This document shows, in pieces, positions 1-10,376 of a DNA stretch of 64,000 bases (positions within the stretch are counted from its first letter, which is position 1; each line of letters begins with the position of its first letter). The notes under the pieces were generated by a model. That model had not been told where the DNA came from. It saw only the letters and a list, made by a program, of their open reading frames with translations, and made no database searches. A program made the position numbers and the translations under genes. The stretch comes from Lytechinus pictus (taxonomy: Eukaryota). The stretch is from assembly GCF_037042905.1 (NCBI RefSeq), contig NC_087251.1, positions 15,936,001 through 16,000,000 of the forward strand. The letters run 5' to 3'.

Positions 1-596
1 GTTTATCATAAATAAATTTAAATCGATACTGATCAATAAAAAAAATTGAAAAATATTCAAAATACATGTAAATATGAGTGGATAGAGGAAATGAATTGGA
101 AAGCAGAAAGGAATAGAAATAGTGGAGGAGAGAAGAGAGGCAGAGAGAGAGAGAGAGAAGAGAAGAAATTTATGGTGGAAGGGAAACAGAGAGAAAAGGG
201 CGAAGAAGCAATTAGGTCACATTTTTTCATACATGCTGCAATAATACATATTTTGGCAATTTTTGTGACTTCAATTCAAATATTAAGTTTACGACTAGAT
301 ATCAGTGAATAATTGCTCATATGAAAGAAAAATATTTTGATTAACAAAGTAAAATGAAATGAAATGAAATGAAATGAAACTTGAGTTCGCCAAACATAAA
401 GAGAACTCAACATTAGAATTAGTATGTAATCTGCATTTTATAAAAAACAATCGTTTAATGATATCACATTTTAAGAGTCCAATGAATGATGAGTTTTTTA
501 ATTCTCAGCCATTCGTAGTTTGATATTATTATACATGTAACGATAGGGGAAGATATATAAAAAAAAAACTACTCCTTGTAATCAATTCTTTTAGAG

Positions 597-999
597 TTAA
601 AGGTAAATGCTAGTTTTGGTAACGATATCAAAATGAGTTCGTACAGAATCCAATGAAATGACCACCAAAGTGTCTGTTTGTATAAATAAAACATATGTGC
701 CAAAGGATTCTGGAAGAAATTGTGTAATTGCTGAGAAATCAGCAAATAAGCACAGGATTCGGGTAGAGCGTCGGGCCCGACATTCAAAGCAATAATTATA
801 CACTGTCCCACGTGCGCTTATCTGTGTTGGGGATCTTCAGCCTGAACATTTTTCAGCGTAGATTTCAAGATTTCACAAAGTTCAGTTTATGTAACTGTAC
901 CAGATCTAGATCCTCGATGATATACTGACAATTAAGCCTTGTTTTACAGACTTTCTCATGAAATCAGTGTTTACTGCAACTACTGGAATTTCTCTTTAA
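597..999. mobile_element. TTAA-flanked non-autonomous DNA transposon (Kolobok/T2-like MITE), copy 1
   Basis: Begins TTAA|AGGTAAATGCTAGTTTTGGTAAC and ends GTTTACTGCAACTACTGGAATTTCTCT|TTAA (imperfect TIRs, TTAA both sides). A diverged second copy lies at 9974-10376. Confidence 0.7.
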
Positions 1000-1492
1000 G
1001 GTGCCAAATCAACGAGGGCAAGGGGCTATTTCTATATCGTGAAGTTCGACATCGCATCTCTACTGTTCCGGCCAAGCTTCTAGTCTGATATTGACAAGTC
1101 CTATTTTGAGGTAGAAGGTGATACAGTTTAGACGTGGGGATTTGCATAGACTTCGCAAACGCAAGACAAGAGTTTGATCCATCTATCTTCAAGAGACATC
1201 AGTTCTGACTGGAGTAAAGCATGCTCATATGAAGAATATGCTGCTCCAAAAATGATTCTAAGGGCACGTTTCTGAAAACGTTCGATGACTTGTACTTGTT
1301 GTTTTGTTAGTGCTCCTGACCATACAGGTACAGCATATTCAACAACTGGTCTCACGAAACTAGTATATACAACTATAAGGTCCTGAAATTACAGACTATG
1401 ATATTTCAAAGTGTGAAGAACATATAAACGACTATTTGCGCGCTTGACCATATATCCAACATGTGTAGACCATTTCAAATCTGACTGGATTG
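1000..1492 (-). mobile_element. Degraded CR1/L2-group LINE reverse-transcriptase C-terminal fragment
   Basis: Minus-strand translation IQSDLKWSTHVGYMVKRANSRLYVLHTLK..*..LIVVYTSFVRPVVEYAVPVWSGALTKQQVQVIERFQKRALRII...LEDR, then frameshifted ...CRTSRYRNSPLP. These are typical RT thumb/C-terminal motifs, with an in-frame stop and a frameshift. Confidence 0.85.
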
Positions 1493-1680
1493 CTACGATG
1501 AAGTGACACATCATGGAGTGAGAGCACCGTCGGGTTTGGTACATTTCTACAAAAACTTATGTCCATTGTGGAACACTTTGACCTTACCATGTGACCTCCG
1601 ACTGCAGCATAACATGCAGGTCGCCTAAGTACATCTACCATCCAAGTTTGGTTGAAAAGTGACTTACAGTTGCGGAGTTA

Positions 1681-4600
1681 GGTGTGCTGCCAGGCCATCT
1701 GGCAACGATGCTTGTTATTTTCCCAGCCTGATCACAAACAACCTAGCAGAAGACAAAAGAGGAATATCAAATCTTACATTCATAACTGTCTCTATATCGT
1801 TCTGGGCACTTAATTTTCAATTTTCTTTGGGACATCCAATGGGAGCACACAACAATTGAGTTTTGCAAGTTTATCACATATTTGGAATGCAATTTTAACA
1901 TGCATGCACATAAAAATTATTGGTGTGCTTTCCATGTTAGGTTGATTTATCCAACAATCACCCCACCCATCCACTGCTTCCATTGCTCAGTACTTGGAAA
2001 AAAAAAAAAAAAAAAAAAAATGCATATTAAAAAAATTTGCTACAGAATTAACTACTCATTTTAAAAATTGCCCAATCAAATACGAATCGAATAATTACTA
2101 TAAATGAAACTGAAGTGATAGGAAATCCTAGGAAAGAAAATTAATGTCACATTCTTTTTTTTTGCCAAACTTTTTACAAAATAGTACATTGTTCTAGTTA
2201 TAGTAATTTAAGTGGCTTTCACATTTGCTTGTATAAGCAATTGCAATCATTTGATCACAATATATGTCGCACACAATCACAAAGGTTGCAAGCAGTCTCA
2301 GCACTAATTGTGAAAAGGGCCTAAGAAAGGGTGTAATTAATCTAACCTGTACATTGATCGAGTATCTATTCTTCCTGTTGAGGAAGTATATTGCCTGATC
2401 CACACCAGGGCTCCTGATGTAGACATGTGTCCCATCAATTGCACCTATCACTCCTGGAAATCTGCAGTACTGGAAGAACTGTCGCTGAGTTGCTTCAACT
2501 TCTTCTCTTGTCGAAGGAAACTTGATGTATTGCCTTTTCCTTCTTGCTATAGCTTCTGACACATCTTTGATGATTTCGACACATTGATGACTGTGATATT
2601 GCTGCCTCATCACCATGCATCTTTTGAAATGATCCTGTAAAATCAAACAAACCATATGGTTGATAGGTCATTGTTTTGAGGTAATTTTAAAACATTTCAT
2701 TGAAGCACATACAGATGATACTTCTGATGACAAAAAAAATTAAGCACATATTTCATAAGAATATTCATCTTTTACAAATATCAGACAATTTTCTGCAATT
2801 CATTTTAACAAATGGAAGGCCTCTTGCAGTGTCGCCATCATACGCAATTCGATATAGCAGCAGTACTGACTTCAAAAACAGCTATTGAATAATGTTTATT
2901 TTCTGCCCCGTGCTTTTGACTTTTTACCTTGATGTTTTTGCACATCTATTGATAAAAGTTCGAAAAAATTGGTCAGTAACCCCAAAGTGTACCACTATAT
3001 AACATGGCGCGCAACATACATGGTATTTCCCATACATAGTAGATGTCTATGTGTGTAATTCACATGATTATAATTCAAATAAAAAAACATTTCTAAATAT
3101 TCATTTGGAACTTATGATAATCATGTGGAAACCAACTCGCATATCCAATGAGCTGTCACCTTTGACCTGCGGACTCCGAATTTGAACTGAGCCTGTATTT
3201 TGGTGTCCTATACCTACACACCAAATTTTTTTTATCCATTAAATATTTTTTTACTTATTGCGTGGAAACCAAGTGGGGGGGGGGGCCGACGGACAGGGGC
3301 ATTGCATGACCATCCAGGCGCCATTTTGTAAATTTCTAGTCCATTTGCATACTATTCCTAATCCCATCCTTACTCTCTTATCCTGCATGCTACACACTTC
3401 TAACAAATTGCTGTAGATTGTTTAAGAGTTGCTCTTCATATGAACATATGACTTGCCCTTGAAAATGCCGTCTTCATGCCCTAAATTCAAATCCGAAATA
3501 GTCTACATTAAAAAAATTCATATTTATTGAAATGTAAAGTAGGAAAATCATAAAATGGCCGTAACTTCCTTGTTTTTATTCATTTTGGTCTGATTTGGGA
3601 ACATGCTTCCTTATTCATCTGTTTTTACGCATCAGTGACCATTACCTTTAGAAATAGCGCCCTCTATTGCAAAGTGGAAAAATAGTAAAATGGCCATCAC
3701 TTACTTGTTTTCATTTATTTCAGTTTCATATTTTCAAGATTGACTTATGATAGTCCAAATTCAATTGTTTTTTTTTTTCATTTTACACATCAATGACCAT
3801 TATCTTCAAAAATAGCACCCTCTATTGCAAACTAAAGAAATATTATAATGGCCATGACGATAAGTTCCTTGTTTTCATTTATTTCGGTCTCATATTTTCA
3901 GGGTATGCTTATGGCAACATCCCTCATAATCCATGTTTTTTTACGCACATCAGTGACCATTACCTTTAAGAAATAGCGCTCTCTATTAAAAAGTTAGAAA
4001 ACAGTAAAATGGCCATCACTTCCTTGTTTCCATTTATCTTGGTATCACTTTTTTAGGGTTTGCTAATGGCATCATCCCTCATATGCAAAATGTTTTTTTT
4101 ACGCATCAGTGACCATTGCCTATAAAAATAGCGCCCTCTTAATATTTTGAAAATGTATATCCTCAGGAGTTTTCTCTTTATCTCCTTCTGTTTCTTGCCC
4201 TCCATAAAATCACAGGCGTCAATGCATGCACATTGTTCTGATACGATTGCAGCTCTAGTTTTTTGTGTGTATGTTCATCTCGAGTTGTTATCTATGTGCC
4301 AAATTTCATAGCTTTTCATCGCAACACAGCCAAGTTTTTTGGGGGGGTGGGGGTGATCTGCCAATTTAGGGTTAATGACGAATTTATAACTCTAACCTGA
4401 CATAACAGTTCTAACAGCAGAAACAGCAGAGCTTCACTCCTGATGTGGTAGTTTTGGAATTTTTAAGTATGCAATTCATAGGTACTTGACTGTTTGCTTA
4501 AATGATACTCTTACTTATGTGATCCCTCTCTGATTTCTAGATATTGTCATCATCATCAACTTTGTCTGGAGTCCTAAAATTAATAGAAACAACCTCAGTC

Positions 4601-5182
4601 AAATAGATTTAACAGTGCCCAGAAACATTCAATAATCGTTTAATTCAATTACTCACCCACTGCATGAAAACGGAGAGCCGTCAACACCTGCAAATAAACG
4701 GGAAGTGGATCATTCCTCTGTGTGTCCCTCTTCAATTCGGCTTCCAGCATGTTGATGATGTAAATGACGGTTTCTTTTGACAGTCGATACCGATCTCGAA
4801 ATGGCCCATCCTCGTACGATTCCGATGGATTTCTAGCATCCCGTAGCCCACGACGTGGTCTTGGCAAAGGTAGCTGTACATGTATGCAGAAGAGTTGAAT
4901 ATTATTTTTAATTCTTTTATTTTGTGATCTTTATAAACGTTCCAAACAGTGAACATGTGCATGTAGATTTGATTACACATCTACCAACATAATAACTGCA
5001 ATCTTAATTGTCTTCCCAAGATTAACAAAAATTACATTCAAAATGTTATTTCAAGTTTTCATTTTTGTTGTCTCATCAAATCATTTCAATAATACTTTTA
5101 AACAAATTAAAACAATGTAAACCAAATTTATCAATCATACCTCTCTTAGCAATTCAAGGTTGTGAAGGTGGAGATAATCCAT
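1681..5182 (-). pseudogene. Intron-containing PIF/Harbinger DDE transposase (HARBI1-like), frameshifted and 3'-truncated
   Basis: Exons (minus): 5182-5141 MDYLHLHNLELLRE; 4873-4657 LPLPRPRRGLRDARNP...FRDRYRL...LTALRFHAVG; 2634-2347 GSFQKMHGDEAAISQSSMCR/IIKDVSEAI...FPGVIGAIDGTHV...NRKNRYSINVQ; 1742-1681 VVCDQAGKITSIVARWPGST. All introns are GT-AG. The GAIDGTH, NRK..S.NVQ and WPGS motifs are diagnostic. Exon 3 carries one extra base near 2575, and coding stops abruptly after WPGST. Confidence 0.9.
3290..4262 (+). repeat. Interspersed element with internal tandem units (Helentron/HINE-like), inside a Harbinger intron
   Basis: Four diverged ~135-165 bp units (AAATGGCC...CATCAGTGACCATTACCTTT...AAATAGCGCCCTCT) at ~3551, 3687, 3848 and 4006. 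Ends ...GCAGCTCTAGTTTTT. Left boundary approximate. Confidence 0.5.
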
Positions 5183-6307
5183 GGGTATAGGTAGATGTCA
5201 ACCGATGACGTAATTCTGTGAAACAATTGTCAAATAACACAAACATTATTTTTTAATAAATACCGGTAGGCAAATAATTGGAAACATATACATATAAAAG
5301 TAATTCATTGGTTTATCACTTTATACAGATCTCATAGTGAATGATAAATAAAACAAAAACATTGTAATCATTTGTGCGAGATGCCTTTAAAAATTAAAAA
5401 AGTTTTTTTTTTTGGGGGGGGCGCTATATTTTCTCTATTTGCAAGTGAAAAAGATTTTAGAACGAAATTTAAGTAATCAACTCTTTAATATTTCAGCCTC
5501 TAAAAATTGGCCTGTGCCGAAAGCAAAAGAAAGGTATATTTTTAAATGCAATTTAGGCAAATTGAAAAAAAAAAGCATTTCTTTCTCCTCTTTAAATGCA
5601 CCAAATAGTACAAAATTATATGGGGTCTTCGGAAATTTTATTTGATCTATGAGAAGCAAGTTCCCATAGAAGAATAATTACAGCTGAGAACAAATTTTGC
5701 TTTCTACTATATGGTCAACATATAGTCAATAGACCAGCATGTTTCCACTTATATTGCACTTTCATTTGACCGGCATGTTTCCATTTTCATTACAGTGGAC
5801 ATTGTATAATAATTTAATGAAACACAAGTGAAGACTCTCTTTAATTGATATGTAATGGGAGAAATAACGTTAGACTGAGGACAAAATAAAAGACCTGTTC
5901 TAAAACAAACAATTTAATCAAATAATTGGAATGTAGCAATCATCATTATAAAAATTTAAGCTTAAAAAGAGAATCATTTAATTAAAGATAAACCCACAGA
6001 GCTGTAAGAAACTTCAACCCGGGCTTCAAACCTTCACAATCACATGCACACTGTCACTAAACCCATGCCCACACGTCCAGAGGACACATGTACAGCACGC
6101 TTCGCATTACCTAAAGCGATGTTCGTGCAGGCTCCACTCCACTTCACTACCGCTACACTGTACGCTCCAACAAGGTCGTCTACATCGCTTGAGCTGAGGT
6201 AGCTTCGCATCACACATACACACATGGAACACACTGTCTTAACTGAATTATCAGTGAATGGCTGAGAATGGAAACCCGTCGGTCGCTAGCCAGCACTAAG
6301 TCATTAC

Positions 6308-6854
6308 TAGATCTACCTCGAGCGAAGTTCGTGCAGGCTCCACTCCACTTCACTACCGCTAGTGACAAAGGTGGGATGGAAATGTTATTTATTGTAAAAA
6401 TTATAGAAAAAAATAAAACGAGGAAAAAATTTTTTTTCCCATACTCGTAGAATATTTTTGGTATTTTCTGAACCATCCAATAATAATATAAATATTTATG
6501 CTGTTTGACCTGCGACCGATCGCATGCGATGTTTTTAAATCGGCCATGAATAGTGACGTGTGAGGAAATAGATACATCATACTGGCTCAAAATCAACAAT
6601 TTAGAGGATAACCAGAGGATGGACACGGAGTGAAATACGGGTGAAGAGTAAGAAATTAAGCCATTTTTCTTTCTCTTTATATTTTTTGTTATGATTTTTA
6701 CAATAAATAACATTTCCATCGGCCACCCCACCTTTGTCACTCGGAATATCCGATCGAGTTCACCGTCCCGAAGTTTGGGTAGGTGGAGTGTAGTGTAGCG
6801 GTAGTGAAGTGGAGTGGAGCCTGCACGAACTTCGCTCGAAGTATACTAGATCTA
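6308..6854. repeat. Long inverted-repeat (foldback/MITE-like) element
   Basis: TCGAGCGAAGTTCGTGCAGGCTCCACTCCACTTCACTACCGCTA (~6318-6361) and the adjacent AGTGACAAAGGTGGG..ATGGAAATGTTATTTATTGTAAAAAT are both inverted at ~6690-6741 and 6796-6839. An extra direct copy of the first motif is at ~6120-6159. Confidence 0.7.
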
Positions 6855-6873
6855 ACTAACTGTAGTTGACATT

Positions 6874-7553
6874 GGGTGATTTCAAGTTCGGTGTTGGTGT
6901 TGAGAGCGTAAAAAGGCCGCTGAACCGAGCTCCAACGCCGAGCTGGGACTGGGTTCAGAGGAATGATACCAATTGCGTTATCGATAGCACATGACGTCAC
7001 GCCTCTGCGCTGCGCTGCTAAATCATCTCAACTTCACGCGAGAAGTCTCGACGACGAAAATGAAATCGGAAAGAAATGCATTAAATTCTCATCGTACAGA
7101 ATACATGTACCAATGTTTTAATTAATTCAAGAATTCGAAAGAGTGAACATTATTCTTTATCAAAATATATACAGCTCAAATGATTTGTTCTACTACTAGT
7201 ACTAGCTCATCTTAACTGTAAAAGCTAATTTTACGGGGATGTTTCAATGTGTTTGCCGCCTGTTCACGAGCTTGAGATTGCCAACACCAACACCGAACTT
7301 GAAACCATGATTTTCCCAATCCCTGGGGGTTGGTGTTGGTGAATGGGGAAATTGCACGTAGATCGTCAACACCAGCGCAGTGCTGGGTTCAGCAGACGAC
7401 ATTCAACACGAACTGCCGGAAATACGTCATATTTTCCGAGGTCAATCCCAACACCAGCCTGATTTCAAGTAGGCCTACGGTGTTGTGGCTGGTGTTGTCA
7501 CAACACCAACACCAGATTTCAACACCGTACTTAAGTTGAGTTGAAAATCACCC
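6874..7553. mobile_element. 680-bp TIR element with 3-bp ATT target duplication (PIF/Harbinger-like MITE or terminus)
   Basis: ATT|GGGTGATTTCAAG ... GTTGAAAATCACCC|ATT. Multiple subterminal GGTGTTGGTGTT/AACACCAACACC motifs in inverted orientation. Confidence 0.65.
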
Positions 7554-8164
7554 ATTTTTATTGACATTGTCATTGATTTGATTTAGAATTAGGGCCTAGA
7601 TCTAATCTAATCCTACCCCTTTAAAAATTTTAATTTAAATAAGTAGGCTAGGCCTAATTAAGACGTTTATGCCTAGGCCCTACCCTAATTGCACAAATTT
7701 AATATTTTCATCTTGACATTTACAAATGAAGATACAAATGAATATATAAATGGCATCATAATATAAATATCCTTGTGAAGCTCATAATTAAAACAAGCTT
7801 GGCCCACGGCTTCGCACCTTCGATTCAATTCGTTCAACCACAGTGTCAAAATATCCAACACTCAAATGCACCAATGGGACTGTAGCAGCGCGTACGCGAC
7901 GATACATTGCATCGTCTGGACTTGTCAATGCCAAAACCTTGTTCGTAATCATGAAAACCAACACTATTAATTTCATATAACAGCATAAAACGTATCAATA
8001 TATTCCAGAGAAGCACAGCAGAAATTTCTTTTACGAATTCAAAGCAAAATACTTACGAATTTCTGATCAAGAAGATCACTTGACACATCCAAGACCGCAA
8101 GGAAAATTCTCTTTGCTTCGCGGGCTTTTCACAAACTTCTCAAGTGCGCATGCTCGAAAAAGAA

Positions 8165-9435
8165 AACTTATCATTTACTTGATTTTTCTGTAAATTTTAC
8201 AAAGTTTCCGTAGAAATTGCACTTTGCACATATTATATTACGAATTAATCTGTTAAATCGTCTCTGTAAACTTACATCTACTTTACAGTAAATTTACAAA
8301 GATGTATCGTAAACGTCTCCTTGTAACGTCAGTAAATTTACCATTATAACCTGATTTTTCTTTAAATTTTACAAATTTTCCGAAGAAATTGCACTTTACA
8401 CATATTACAAATTAATCTGTTAAATCTTGTCCATAAACTTACATCTACTTTACAGTAAATTTACAAGATGTATCGTAAACGTCTCCTTTCAATAATGATC
8501 TTCACTACAATTACGGACAACGTCAGTAAATTTATCATTAACCTGATTTTTCTGTAAATTCTACAAAGTTTCCGTAGAAATTGCACTTTATCTGTTAAAT
8601 CTTGTCCGTAAATTTACAGCTACTTTCTAGTAAATTTACAAAGATTTGTACAGTAAACCACTAAATGTCTCCTTTCAAGTTTACGGATAAGATTAACAGA
8701 TTTATTTGTAATATGTGTAAAGTGGAATTTCTACGGAATTTTGTAAAATTTACAGAAAAATCAGGTTAATGATAAATTTTCTGACGTTGTCCGTAAACTT
8801 ACATCTACTTTACAGTAAATTTACAAGATGTATCGTAAACGTCTCCTTTCAATAATGATCTTCTGTACAATTATACGGATCAAAACGTTTGTAGAATTGA
8901 TCATTTACCTGATTTTTATGTAATTTTTACAAATTTTCCGTAGAAATTGCACTTTACACGTATTACAAATTAATCTGTTAAATCTTGTCCGTAAACTTAC
9001 AGCTACTTTCTAGTAAATTTACAAAGATTTGTACCGTAAACCACTAAACGTCTCCTTTCAAGAATGATCTTCACTACAATTACGGACAACGTCAGAAAAT
9101 GTATCATTAACCTGATTTTTCAGTAAATTTTACAAATTTTTCCGTAGAAATTGCACTTAACACGTAATACAAATTAATCTGTTAAATCTTATCCGTAAAC
9201 TTACATCTACTTTACAGTAAATTTACAAGATGTATCGTAAACGACTCCTTTCAATAATGATCTTCTGTACAATTACAGAAAACGTCTGTAAATTTGATCA
9301 TTTACCTGATTATTATGTAATTTTTACGGGTTTTCTGTAGAAATCCGTAAATTTACAATTTTATTCCGTATTTTATCGTTTACGGACGATTTCTGTTAAA
9401 TTTTGTCCGTAAAATTACGGCAATTTTTAACAGTG
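8165..9435 (-). repeat. Tandem ~170-200 bp repeat array ending in a CACTG-type (EnSpm/CACTA-like) terminus
   Basis: Repeated CTGATTTTTCTGTAAATTTTACAAA..CCGTAGAAATTGCACTTT units at ~8180, 8351, 8543, 8909, 9112 and 9306, with an inverted unit at ~8680-8790. The right end reads CACTGTTAAAAA on the minus strand. Confidence 0.7.
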
Positions 9436-9973
9436 TAGAAGACCTTGGAACAATGTGCTTAATGTTATTTTTGTCAGGTGATTGTTTCACTATGACATAG
9501 TTCTTCAACCCAATGCTGTCTATGGTGGCACATCTCACTTATCTTGTGGCTGTGATGGTCGCTACTCAGTTTGGCGTGCACCTATCCTTATCTCCTGTCC
9601 TTTGATTTGCTCAGCTACCCGTTACTTCTCTTAATCTTTTATACATGTATGATGGCAGTTATGCATCACCTCTACAAAACATGTCAACAGGCTCTAAAAT
9701 GCATACATGTATATTAGATCACATTACATTTCTTACCAGCATTATAAGAAAAATTAGAACATTTTAAACCAAATCAAATAAAAAATATAATTATCTTGAT
9801 TTGATTGAGTTCTTTTCATGGTTTTCGCAATCATCTGCGAGAAGTGGGTAAAGCACAAGAGTGACATGCTGACATGCATTTTGTGCATGGCACAAACACT
9901 TAACCTACACAAATGATGTCTGAACACAGATGTTGGTGGTCTGGTAGCGCATCTTGAAGTGCTGCCTTTTCTT

Positions 9974-10376
9974 TTAAGGGTAAATTCCACTTGTGGTAAC
10001 GATCTCAAAATGAGTTTGAACATAATCCAATGAAATTGCCACCAATTGTTGGTATGTTTAAATAAAAAATATGTTCCAAGTGGCTCTGGAAGAAAATGCG
10101 TAATTGCTGAGAAATGAGCAAAACAAAGCACGGAATTCCATCAAATGTCAGTATTTTTCCAAGCATAATTTTGATAGACTGTCCCACATACGCTTTTCTG
10201 TGAATTAGTGATCATCAGAATTAACAGTTTGAGCTAAGAATTCATGATTTCACAAAGAAAAGTTTACATTAATATACCAGATCTAGATGAATGATAATAT
10301 GGTGACAATAAACCTTGAATTTAAAGACTTTCTCATTAAATAATTGTTTGCTGCAACTAATGTCTTTTGCCTTTAA
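9974..10376. mobile_element. TTAA-flanked MITE, copy 2 of the 597-999 family
   Basis: TTAA|GGGTAAATTCCACTTGTGGTAACGATCTCAAAATGAG ... GCAACTAATGTCTTTTGCCT|TTAA; colinear similarity to 597-999. Confidence 0.7.

Noticed and set aside
46..378. 88-aa ORF at the window start
   Set aside because: Built on (GA)n and adjacent to (AAATG)n simple repeats; no recognisable domain.
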